Below are positions 8,830 through 18,400 of a DNA stretch of 64,000 bases, piece after piece; within the stretch, counting starts at the first letter, position 1, and every line of letters starts with the position of its first letter. The notes beneath the pieces are model-generated. The model was given only the letters and a program-made list of their open reading frames with translations. It was not told the origin of the DNA and made no database searches. The stretch is taken from assembly GCA_902594675.1 (NCBI GenBank), contig CACJNE010000001.1:81548-145547 (forward strand). Reading direction: 5' to 3'. Position numbers and translations under genes: made by a program. The DNA comes from an uncultured Pelagibacteraceae bacterium (lineage in GTDB: Bacteria; Pseudomonadota; Alphaproteobacteria; Pelagibacterales; Pelagibacteraceae).

Positions 8830-9663
8830 ATGCCAAGTTTTGAAGATGAAAAAAAATCTTTAGATAACAAAGGTTATTTAATATTTGGAGTGTTAATTTT
8901 TATTGTTGCTTTAGTAATATGTTATTATGTTTATAAAAGCATTACTTCTGTAGAATTGAATTCAAAAGGCTGCCCAGTTAAAGGTCCTTTTTCTGAACAT
9001 GTTGTTCTTTTTGATCAAACAGATACTGTAAAAGATAAACCAATTGTTGAAGTAGATGCTAGAAATTTTTTAGATAAAATTAAGATAGATGTCCCTCAAT
9101 ATAGTCGTCTATCTATTTATGTAATTAAAAATGATCCCGAAGGACGAAATATAAAACCTGTCATTTCTGTTTGTAATCCAGGAGATGAAAGAAATTTAAG
9201 TTATTTTGAAAAATCAGGAATCACCTTAACTGTAAAAAAATATATGGAAGATTGGGAAAAAAATTTTAGTCAGATAATTAATCCGGTAATTAATAAAATA
9301 ATGGAAAGATCAACCAGTCCAACATCACCTATTTTTGAAATGATTAATGTAGTTAGCATTAATAGTTTTAAACATTCAAATCCAAAATATATTCATAAAC
9401 TTGTTATATTTTCAGATTTTATGCATCATACTAGTGAATACTCTTTCTATAATACGTCAGATATAAATATTAAAAAATTTACTGATACTAGATATTTTAA
9501 GAATGTTTATTCTAGTTTGAGAGATAATGTTGATGTGGAGTTATACTGTTATAAACGATATGAAAATGGACAATGTGATAACGTTGAGAGCTTTTGGAAT
9601 AAATATTTTCAAGAAATTGATGCACATAATAATAATATTAAATTTTTTAGGATAGGCTCATAA
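8830..9663 (+). CDS. Membrane-anchored vWA-like domain protein
   Basis: N-terminal TM; VVLFDQTDT (MIDAS-like), TSPIFEMI, KLVIFSDFM. Confidence 0.6.
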   Translation: MPSFEDEKKSLDNKGYLIFGVLIFIVALVICYYVYKSITSVELNSKGCPVKGPFSEHVVLFDQTDTVKDKPIVEVDARNFLDKIKIDVPQYSRLSIYVIKNDPEGRNIKPVISVCNPGDERNLSYFEKSGITLTVKKYMEDWEKNFSQIINPVINKIMERSTSPTSPIFEMINVVSINSFKHSNPKYIHKLVIFSDFMHHTSEYSFYNTSDINIKKFTDTRYFKNVYSSLRDNVDVELYCYKRYENGQCDNVESFWNKYFQEIDAHNNNIKFFRIGS

Positions 9664-10634
9664 TGGCTAAGAATGAAGTACCAACAGTAAAATTAAGAAG
9701 AACCAGCGCGGGAAATTTAAGAAATTTTTTTTTCATCTTTACTGTTATAGGCATTGCTTCAATAGTCATTGTAAGAGGGTTTCAAGACTCATTATTATTA
9801 CAAATGGCTTTACCCGGTCTGGTAGTTTTGTTTTATGCAATTTTTATATTCAATAAAGGGAGAAATGTTTTAAATTTAGATCAACTAGGTGACAGTGTAT
9901 ATTATCTTGGTTTTATTTTAACACTGGCAGCATTAATTTTAGCTCTTTATGATTTATCCGATGACCCAACCGCAGAGGATATTATTCCAAAATTTGCAAT
10001 TGCCCTAACGACTACTGTTGTTGGAATATTTGTCAGAGTTTTTATGTCTCAATTTGCTGCCTCACAAGAAGACATAAATGAAATGTCTGAAAGAATGCTA
10101 TCTGATACAGCTCTAAGTCTTAAAACACAGCTCGATATGAGTACTAGTACATTTAAAAACTTAATCGATGAGATGAGCAGAAAGACCAGTGAGTCTTTAG
10201 AAAAAAATAGTATTGAATTAACCACTTTTCTAAAAGAAAATTCAGAGGAATTTGCTAAATCCTCAAAAAAAGTTATCTCAAATATAAATCTTGCTTCTGA
10301 TACTTTGGTTAAAAAAACAAGCGATTTAGATAAGACTTTAGAAAATCTTAATAAGACTACTGAAAGTTTTAATGAGAATTTAACTACACTTAATTCTGCT
10401 TTAACACAAAATAATCCATCAAGAGAGATATCAAATTTACAAGATGTTTTTGATAATATGACAAAATCAATGGAAGCTTACAAAAATATTGTTTCAACAG
10501 ATATTAAAGAAATCACATCAAATAAAAAAGAAATTTTCAAATCATTAGAAGAGTCTAGAGAAGCTTTGCAAAAAATGTACAACAACATGTCAAGCATGTC
10601 AGACTTAATAGTTTCTAAACTTAAACGAAAATAA
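9663..10634 (+). CDS. MotA/TolQ/ExbB (ZorA-like) membrane protein with long C-terminal coiled-coil tail
   Basis: TM pair LGDSVYYLGFILTL and FAIALTTTVVG resembles the ExbB/MotA channel helices; ~190-aa heptad-rich tail. Confidence 0.6.
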   Translation: MAKNEVPTVKLRRTSAGNLRNFFFIFTVIGIASIVIVRGFQDSLLLQMALPGLVVLFYAIFIFNKGRNVLNLDQLGDSVYYLGFILTLAALILALYDLSDDPTAEDIIPKFAIALTTTVVGIFVRVFMSQFAASQEDINEMSERMLSDTALSLKTQLDMSTSTFKNLIDEMSRKTSESLEKNSIELTTFLKENSEEFAKSSKKVISNINLASDTLVKKTSDLDKTLENLNKTTESFNENLTTLNSALTQNNPSREISNLQDVFDNMTKSMEAYKNIVSTDIKEITSNKKEIFKSLEESREALQKMYNNMSSMSDLIVSKLKRK

Positions 10635-11476
10635 TGTTAAATCTTCATAAAGTTAGAAGAGGACAGGTCTTTAGTTTTACTCTTACAGAATTAATTTTGT
10701 TAATTCTTTTTATTTTGTTGTTACTTTTATGGTTCATAACAGACAAAAAAAATAAAGAATTAACAAAATGGTCTGAGGTAACAGGAACTAGCACTCCAGA
10801 GGAATACGAAATGCTGTATCCAAATTTTCCAGATAAAACAACATCACCTGATATTCAAGATAGGCTAATAACAGCTAACAAGGAATTGTTAAAATTAAAA
10901 GAAGAAAATAAAGAATTAAAACAAATACTTGAAAAATTTGTAGAAAAAACCGGCAAAGATAACCCTGACGATCTACCATTAAATACTAAAGCTGCCATTG
11001 CAAAAGCTGAAGGTCTAGGAAGAAATCCCCCATGTTGGCCAAAAGGATGGCCTGAGAATCCAGATTATGAAAAAGCTGATAGAATTTTTAATATTATATT
11101 TTTAGGAACAGATAAACTAGCAGTTATCCCAGACTTTAAAAAAGTTTATAGAGATCAATACAATTTACTTCCAATAAATAGAAGTATTCTAAGCTCATAT
11201 GATGACTATAAAAATAAAACAATGAATATCATTTCTTCAAAAAAATTTATTGAAAGTTTTAATCAACTTTTGGTAATCAGCAAAAAAGAGACTGATAGTG
11301 AGCATTCAAACCTTACACTAAGGCGCGATTGTAGACATGAAGTTAGAGTTTTTGATGAGTTGGATGATAATAAATCAGAATATAAAAGATTGCTTCATAA
11401 TACAGTTGAAAACATATTTACTTATTACATATTTCAAGATGATAATGTTGATGAATATTATAGAAAAAATAAATGA
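10634..11476 (+). CDS. Single-TM MotB/ExbD (ZorB-position) partner with uncharacterised periplasmic domain
   Basis: Basic N-terminus then FSFTLTELILLILFILLLLLW, with an acidic residue at the TM start. Coiled coil and PPCW..DCR Cys pair. TAATG-coupled to the MotA-like gene. Confidence 0.5.
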   Translation: MLNLHKVRRGQVFSFTLTELILLILFILLLLLWFITDKKNKELTKWSEVTGTSTPEEYEMLYPNFPDKTTSPDIQDRLITANKELLKLKEENKELKQILEKFVEKTGKDNPDDLPLNTKAAIAKAEGLGRNPPCWPKGWPENPDYEKADRIFNIIFLGTDKLAVIPDFKKVYRDQYNLLPINRSILSSYDDYKNKTMNIISSKKFIESFNQLLVISKKETDSEHSNLTLRRDCRHEVRVFDELDDNKSEYKRLLHNTVENIFTYYIFQDDNVDEYYRKNK

Positions 11477-11754
11477 CAGATAAAGAAACTTTAAATGAAA
11501 AAATATTAACTCTTAGAGTAAATGTTTTGAATAATTTATTAAGAAAAAAAAAGATAAGACACTCAGTTTCTGATTTAGAGAAAATGGTAATTAATAAAAG
11601 TGATTTAACTATTTATAACTATTTTTTTTCAAGAAAAAATATAAAGAAGAAGATTATTGTATATTTAATATCAATAGCGATAGCCTCAATAGCCTCATAT
11701 ATTCTTTACAAATATGTACCTTTATCAAATCTGAGAGATTTAACATTTAAATGA
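11473..11754 (+). CDS. Small hypothetical protein with C-terminal TM
   Basis: 93 aa with ATGA overlaps at both ends. Confidence 0.55.
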   Translation: MTDKETLNEKILTLRVNVLNNLLRKKKIRHSVSDLEKMVINKSDLTIYNYFFSRKNIKKKIIVYLISIAIASIASYILYKYVPLSNLRDLTFK

Positions 11755-12293
11755 AGACGAAAAATTTGTTTTTAGTTATTTTATTTATTTTTTTTTCAAA
11801 CAATACATTTTCACAAGATATTAAAATTTTAGATGGTGATACAATTAAGATAAACGGCGAAACAATAAGATTCTCTGGTATAGACACTCCAGAGACAATT
11901 TATTACCAAAAATACAAACAACTTTGTTATTTAAATAAACAAAAAGTATATTGTGGAGAGTTATCTAAAAATAAGCTTATAGAAAAAATTTCTAATAATA
12001 AAATCAATTGTATAAGAGAGAAAAATAAAGACATGTGGGGTCGTACTTTAGCTGAGTGTTTTGTAAATAATGAAAGTTTATCTAGGTTCCTAGTAAAAAC
12101 TGGATATGCTTTTGATTTTAAAAAGTATTCTAAAAAAAAATATAATTCAGAAGAACTATATGCAAAAGAAAATAATCTCGGTTTATGGACAATGAAATTT
12201 TTATACCCTTGGGAATGGAGAGCTAAAATTAGAGAGTATCGTAAAAATAAGAACACACTTAAAGATATAGAAATGTGGTTTGAAATTAATTAA
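11751..12293 (+). CDS. Thermonuclease (SNase-like) family protein with signal peptide
   Basis: ILDGDTI, IRFSGIDTPE, DMWGRTLAEC, LVKTGYA, AKENNLGLW, PWEWR. Confidence 0.9.
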   Translation: MKTKNLFLVILFIFFSNNTFSQDIKILDGDTIKINGETIRFSGIDTPETIYYQKYKQLCYLNKQKVYCGELSKNKLIEKISNNKINCIREKNKDMWGRTLAECFVNNESLSRFLVKTGYAFDFKKYSKKKYNSEELYAKENNLGLWTMKFLYPWEWRAKIREYRKNKNTLKDIEMWFEIN

Positions 12294-12303
12294 TTTAGTC
12301 ATT

Positions 12304-12771
12304 ATGAGCAGAATAAAACAAATAATTTTTATAGGTGTAAGTTTTTCAATCGTAATTTTTTTAATTTATTTATTTTTTGGAGGAAATATTGAACCAGGAG
12401 GAAATTTTTTCAGTATAGATCGATTCCTTTTTTGGTTTTTAGGTTACGTTGTTTGCTTTATAATTGGTATTTGTCTCAGATTTTATGAAGATGACAAAGA
12501 ACTGACTGAAAAAGAAACAAATGAGATTAAGGCATGGAAAAAAAGAAATTTAAAAAATAATAAATCATTTAACGATACAATTACGTTGGCTGATAAAACA
12601 ATATATAGGTGGGGACATCCTCTTGATGTAAGCGAATGGGATTTTGAAAAAGGATTTGTTAACTGGTTATTGATTGTCCCGTTTATGGGTTTTGGTGTAT
12701 TAACAGTTGGTGCATTGATAATAGCAATCCCGCTAGCAGTTGTAGTAGTTATAATGGGTATCTTTAATTAG
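12304..12771 (+). CDS. Hypothetical membrane protein
   Basis: Several hydrophobic segments. ATG at 12304 is in frame with the ORF-track start at 12280. Confidence 0.6.
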   Translation: MSRIKQIIFIGVSFSIVIFLIYLFFGGNIEPGGNFFSIDRFLFWFLGYVVCFIIGICLRFYEDDKELTEKETNEIKAWKKRNLKNNKSFNDTITLADKTIYRWGHPLDVSEWDFEKGFVNWLLIVPFMGFGVLTVGALIIAIPLAVVVVIMGIFN

Positions 12772-12775
12772 ATTT

Positions 12776-13168
12776 ATGAAATTATTTAAATTAATTATTT
12801 TATCATTATTGTTTATAATACTATTACTGCCCACATCTTGTTCAACATGGTTTACCGTTGGTGATTTGCTAGGAAAGACTACTCTTCAAAATCAAGATTA
12901 TATAAATTCACCTTTTTACACCAGCAATGATGAAATTGGCTATTATACAGAGTGGTGTAAAAACAATAATTTTGGTGGAAGAAAACTAGGCACTGAGGAA
13001 GAAAAATTATCAGAATGTATAGATGCCGAATTAAGGACACAAGGAATAGCCTTTGCATTCGGAGGGATTAACCAAATTTTAACAGCAATATTGTTGCCAA
13101 TTTTTTTAATTTATTTTTATTTTTATTATAGATGGTTAAGAAGAAATTATTTAAATAGGATTTTATAG
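12776..13168 (+). CDS. Hypothetical membrane protein or lipoprotein
   Basis: Hydrophobic N-terminus ending LLPTSC and a C-terminal TM. The stop TAG lies inside the boundary repeat. Confidence 0.6.
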   Translation: MKLFKLIILSLLFIILLLPTSCSTWFTVGDLLGKTTLQNQDYINSPFYTSNDEIGYYTEWCKNNNFGGRKLGTEEEKLSECIDAELRTQGIAFAFGGINQILTAILLPIFLIYFYFYYRWLRRNYLNRIL

Positions 13169-13201
13169 GACAACTAGACGTAGACTAGAAGTTAGAGAGA
13201 T
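13165..13201 (+). repeat. Cassette-boundary repeat, copy D
   Basis: Shares 28 bp with 6584-6611 and 30 bp with 7327-7356. Confidence 0.92.
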
Positions 13202-13275
13202 AAAATAAAAAAAATTTACTTATTAACCTTGTTCAATTATAAATATTAGCATAAATACTCATGAAAATAACTCAT

Positions 13276-13361
13276 GCCCTCGTGGTGAAATTGGTAGACA
13301 CAAAGGACTTAAAATCCTTGCCATTTATGGAGTGCCAGTTCGAGTCTGGCCGAGGGCACCA
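13276..13361 (+). tRNA. tRNA-Leu(TAA)
   Basis: GCCCTCG/CGAGGGC acceptor stem, AAGGA-CTTAAAA-TCCTT anticodon arm, long variable arm, GTTCGAGT, encoded CCA. Confidence 0.97.
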
Positions 13362-13365
13362 CTAA

Positions 13366-14136
13366 ATGATTAATCCACATATTCTTTTTGATAATACGAA
13401 ACAGTCAAAAAAGATTAAAAATTATTTAGACCATAATATTAAAAATGTTTCTCTTAGTAGATGCAATTTCATAATTGTAATTGGAGGTGATGGTTTCATG
13501 CTTTCGTCACTAAAAAAATACAATAAGTATAAAAAACCTTTTTATGGAATTAATGCTGGTAGTTATGGTTTTCTAATGAATAAATTTTCATCAAAAAACA
13601 CTATTAGAAATTTATCTAAAGCAAAACAAGTTTCAATTTCTCCTTTAGAAATGAGTGTAAAGAATAAGTTTAATAAAACTAAAAAGTCTATAGCTATCAA
13701 TGAAGTTTCCATTTTAAGACAAAGTAGACAAACGGCATCACTTGAAATTTCAAATGGTTCGCAAAAAATTATTAAAAAACTAGTTTCTGATGGTGTATTG
13801 ATATCAACACCTGCAGGAAGCACTGCATACAATATGTCAGTTTATGGACCAATATTAAATTTAGATTCTAAAAAACTTTCTATTAGGCCTATTAGTGCAT
13901 TCAGACCTAGAAGATGGAAGGGAAGAATTGTGAGCGATAAATCAAAAATAACAATCAAAAATCTAAATATTAATAAAAGACCAATAAGTGCGGTTGCTGA
14001 CAATTACGAAGTTAGAAATGCAAAGACAATATCTATTATGATTAATAAAAAAGTTAAATTTAATCTTTTATATGATTCAAACAGAAGTCTTCAAAAAAAA
14101 ATAAAAATAGAGCAAATCAGAAAAGAAACTAATTAA
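13366..14136 (+). CDS. nadK: NAD kinase
   Basis: GGDGFML, INEVS, DGVLISTPAGSTAYNMS. Confidence 0.93.
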   Translation: MINPHILFDNTKQSKKIKNYLDHNIKNVSLSRCNFIIVIGGDGFMLSSLKKYNKYKKPFYGINAGSYGFLMNKFSSKNTIRNLSKAKQVSISPLEMSVKNKFNKTKKSIAINEVSILRQSRQTASLEISNGSQKIIKKLVSDGVLISTPAGSTAYNMSVYGPILNLDSKKLSIRPISAFRPRRWKGRIVSDKSKITIKNLNINKRPISAVADNYEVRNAKTISIMINKKVKFNLLYDSNRSLQKKIKIEQIRKETN

Positions 14137-15284
14137 TGATTAATAAAAATTTTGGGTTTGGTACTCAAATTAGAAAATCTCCATATTTTGATGCAACAGT
14201 AAGATGGGGCGCAACTGGTTTTTCAGTTTATAACCATATGTACATACCTCGTGATTTTGGTGATCCAGAACAGAATTTTTGGAACCTTATAAAAACAGCA
14301 ATTCTTTGTGATGTAGCCGTTGAGAGACAAGTAGAAATTACTGGACCAGATGCTTATAAATTTATTCAATTATTAACACCAAGAGATTTATCAAAATTAT
14401 CAATTGGTCAGTGTAAATATGTTTTAATTACAAACTCAGAAGGTGGGATTTTAAATGATCCTGTGCTTTTAAGATTAGGAGAAAATCATTTTTGGTTATC
14501 TTTAGGAGATAGTGATATTTTGTTATGGGCACAGGGAGTCGCTGTTAACTCAGGTTTAAATGTGAAAATAACGGAGCCAGATGTATCTCCACTGCAATTG
14601 CAAGGACCAAAGTCTGCTGAAATAATGATTAAATTATTTGGAGAAAGTATTAAAGATTTAAAATATTATTGGTTTAGAGAATTAGATCTAGATGGAATAC
14701 CATTAATTGTATCAAGAACAGGCTGGTCAAGTGAATTTGGTTATGAATTATTTTTAAGAGATGGTTCAAAAGGTGATGATCTTTACGAAAAAATAATGGA
14801 GGCAGGAAAAGATTTTGGAATTAAACCAGGTCATACATCTTCAATAAGAAGAATAGAAGGTGGTATGCTGTCTTATCATGCAGATGCTGATATTAATACA
14901 AATCCATTTGAATTGGGTTTAGATCGTTTGGTTAACTTAGATAGTGATATAAATTTTATAGGAAAGAAAGCACTTAAAAGAATTAAGATCAATGGGATAA
15001 AAAGATTACAAATAGGTTTAGAAATCAAATGTGAAAGGTTAAGTGGTCCAAATACAAAATTTTGGTCATTAAGAGCCAATAATAAAATAATTGGAAAAGT
15101 AACCTCAGCAGTTTATTCGCCACGTTTAAAAAAAAATATTGCTCTTGCGTTAGTAGATATTGATTATTCAAAAATTGGGTTAGAAATGGAAGTTCTAATT
15201 GATGATAAAAGTTTTAAATGTGAGATTATTGAGAAACCATTTTTTGATCCAAAAAAACTTATTACTTCAAGATCATTAAAGTAA
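14136..15284 (+). CDS. GcvT-family aminomethyltransferase (DmdA-related paralog)
   Basis: YNHMYIP, DVAVERQVEITGPDA, NDPVLL, LQGPKS, SRTGWSSEFGYE, RRIEGGMLSY, YSPRLKKNIA. Confidence 0.85.
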   Translation: MINKNFGFGTQIRKSPYFDATVRWGATGFSVYNHMYIPRDFGDPEQNFWNLIKTAILCDVAVERQVEITGPDAYKFIQLLTPRDLSKLSIGQCKYVLITNSEGGILNDPVLLRLGENHFWLSLGDSDILLWAQGVAVNSGLNVKITEPDVSPLQLQGPKSAEIMIKLFGESIKDLKYYWFRELDLDGIPLIVSRTGWSSEFGYELFLRDGSKGDDLYEKIMEAGKDFGIKPGHTSSIRRIEGGMLSYHADADINTNPFELGLDRLVNLDSDINFIGKKALKRIKINGIKRLQIGLEIKCERLSGPNTKFWSLRANNKIIGKVTSAVYSPRLKKNIALALVDIDYSKIGLEMEVLIDDKSFKCEIIEKPFFDPKKLITSRSLK

Positions 15285-15287
15285 AAA

Positions 15288-15336
15288 TGGTGCCCCCGCA
15301 CGGACTCGAACCGCGGACCTATTGATTACAAATCAA
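15288..15336 (-). repeat. 49-bp 3' fragment of tRNA-Thr(TGT) (att-like site)
   Basis: Identical to 18747-18795; runs from the anticodon stem to CCA. Confidence 0.95.
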
Positions 15337-15412
15337 ATAGCTTCTTAAATTTTTCTTTCATTAACGTTGATACTACTTATGTTTTAGAGTCATGGCAAGT
15401 TGCTCTTATAAA

Positions 15413-15433
15413 AAAGACTACAAAAAGACTACA
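15413..15433 (+). repeat. 21-bp boundary repeat AAAGACTACAAAAAGACTACA (left)
   Basis: Identical to 18624-18644; internal 11-bp period. Confidence 0.92.
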
Positions 15434-15464
15434 CTTGGTTTATAAAATTTTGTACCTTTTAGGT

Positions 15465-18400
15465 ATGCAAGAAAGAAAAATAATTCAGCAATCTAAATCA
15501 TTTAAAGATCTAGATAGAACTTTAAAAAAATTAATTAAGAATAAAAAAGCTAAACTAGCTGGATCAATATTTGAATATTTAACTAAATTATTTTTAGAAG
15601 TATCTCCTGAATATAAAACTAAATTAAGAAAAGTTTATTTATTAAATGAGATACCAACAGCTGTAAAAAGAAAGCTCAAACTCCCAAAAACTGATGAGGG
15701 AATTGATTTAATCGCTGAAACTTTTGATAATGAATATTGGGCTATTCAGTGCAAATATCGTTCTGATAAAACTGAAACTTTAAAAGTAAAAGGGGATTTA
15801 GCTACATTTAACAATCTTGCATTTACTGTTTGTAAAAATATTTCCCATGGTCTTATTGCTGCTACTGTTAATAGGCCTCCACAAAAAAAACAGCTACTTA
15901 ATGTTGGTTATATTTTACTTAATGAATGGTTAAAATTAGATAGAGATGGTGGAGAATTATTCAGCCAAATAAAAGCTAAAGCAATTGGTAAAATAGTAAA
16001 ACCAAAAAAACTAAGTCCAAGACCTCACCAAAAAGAGGCAATTTCTAAAACAATTTCTTATTTTAAATCTAATGAAAGAGGCAAAATCATAATGCCTTGT
16101 GGAACAGGTAAAAGTTTAACTGCATTTTGGATAGCAGAGAAAATAAAACCAAAATCAATATTAATTGCTGTTCCAAGTTTATCATTATTGCAGCAAACAC
16201 TTAAGGTTTGGACCAGAGAATTCTTGTTAAATAATATTGAACCTGATTGGTTATGCGTTTGTTCTGATGATACTGTTAAAGAAGAACAAGATGATTTTGT
16301 AACCTTTTCTTCGGATCTTGGAATTAAAGTAGATACGGACCCAAGAGTTATTAGGAATTTTTTAAGAAAAAAAACTAAAAAATTAAAGATAGTTTTTACC
16401 ACTTATCAATCAGGAAGGGCCACAGCTATTGGATCTAAAGGTTTTAAATATGATCTAGGTATAATGGACGAGGCTCATAAAACTGTTGGTTCAGGTAAAA
16501 AGCCGATGGCTCATTTACTTCATCAAAAAAATATTAAAATAAAAAAACGTTTATTTATGACTGCAACTGAAAGGTTATTTAAAGGTGATAGTGATGAATA
16601 TATGTCAATGGATGATCCAAGAGATTATGGAAATCTAATTTATGAATTAAGTTTTAAAGAAGCAATAAATTCAAAACCTCCAATAATATCTGACTATAAG
16701 ATCATAACTTTTGGTATTACCACTCCAGAAATTGAAAAGATTGCAGAAGACAATAAGTATCTAGAGGTTAAGAAAGATCTTAAAGACATCACAGCAAGAG
16801 AGCTTGCAACTGCAATAGCTCTTAGAAAAGCTATAAAAAAACTTAAAATCAAAAATGCTATTTCATTTCATCGTTCCATTAGAAGAGCTGAAAATTTTAG
16901 AAAACAACAAGATTTAATTTCAAAGATCTATCCAACTTATGGAAAGTTAAAAACATTCCATGTCAGAGGAGAAATGCCAACCTCAGATCGTGCTTTAGAA
17001 ATGTTATCTTTTGAGGAAGAGAAGGGGTTAATGACAAATGCAAGGTGTTTAACCGAAGGAGTAGACTTACCAGCAATTGATTGTGTTTGTTTTACAGATC
17101 CAAAAAGAAGTAAAGTTGACATTGTTCAAGCAGCAGGAAGAGCACTTCGTTTGGTAAAAGGAAAAAAGTTTGGTTATATTCTAATTCCAATATTTATTCC
17201 TGATGGAATAGATTTTGATACTGCTGCTGAAGCACAAGGTTTTGATGACGTATCAATTACTGTTAGAGCTTTAGCGACAACTGATAAAAGAATTGTTGAA
17301 TATTTAAGAGCTGTATCAGAAGGAACTAAGCCAAAAGGAGGATCTCCAGTAGATGGAGTGACCTCTATTAATAATTTATACAAGGTTGAGGCAGAAGAGT
17401 TTAATAAAGCTGTACAAATAAAAGTTTGGGATAAAGTTGCTCGAGGTAATTGGAGATCTTACGATGAAGCAAAAAAATACGCAAATGATCATAATATTAA
17501 GTCATCAACTGAGTGGTATGAATTAAAAAAACAAAATAAAATTCCAAAAGATATACCTGCAGCTGTAGATCAAATTTATAAAAACAAAGGTTGGAAAAGT
17601 TGGGCACATTTTTTAGAAAATATTAATGTAAATTTTCATAATTTTATTCCATTTAAAGAAGCTAAAAAAATTTGTTTAAAAAATAAAATCAAATCATTAA
17701 CTAGTTGGAGAAAATTTGCTTTAAAAAATTCAACTTTAGAAAAGCCAATACCTCTTACACCTTATGTTGCTTATAAGAATAGAGGTTGGGTTGACGCTGA
17801 CAATTTTTTTGGAAAAGAAAAAAAGGATTATAAATTAAAGCTATCAACACTAAGTAATTTTGCAAAAAAAAATAAAATTAATTCATCACATAATTGGTTT
17901 GAATTACATACAAAAGGAAAAATACCGCAACAATACGCTTATAGACCAGACAAAGTTTATAAAAATAAAGGGTGGATTAGTTGGTCAAATTTTTTAGGTA
18001 CAAAGAAGATTTATAAAGTAGATTTAGATAAGTATAATTATGATGAAGCTCGGAAAAAAGCTAAATCATTGAAAATAACAACAAATCAGGAATGGCAAAG
18101 ATATCATCAACTAGGAAAATTAAAAAATTTCCCTTTAAGACCTGAAAAAGTCTATCTCAAAGAGTGGACAAATTGGTTAGATTTTTTTGGTAAAGATAAG
18201 GCTTACATTGTCCCTAAAGATAAATGGTTAAATTACATTCAAGCAGAAAAAATTGTAAGAAAATATAATTTAAAAAATTATACTGAATGGAAAAAAATTA
18301 AAAAAGAAAAATTAGAAAAATTAAAAATTCCCCGATACCCTGACCACATATACAAAAATAAAGGATGGAAAAGTTGGGCACACTTTTTAGGAAGTAAGAA

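Larger units (their letters stand above)
7203..13275. mobile_element. Integrase-less genomic island at tRNA-Leu(TAA)
   Basis: Bounded by the tRNA 5' fragment and the intact tRNA, with inner 30-bp direct repeats. Accessory cargo only; no recombinase ORF. Confidence 0.8.

Noticed and set aside
6584-13201. The 21-30 bp repeats as a CRISPR array
   Set aside because: Copies are hundreds to thousands of bp apart with whole genes between them. There are no regular spacers and no cas genes.
14136-15284. Naming this gene dmdA or gcvT
   Set aside because: The family is clear, but orthology cannot be set by eye and there are no gcvH/gcvP neighbours.
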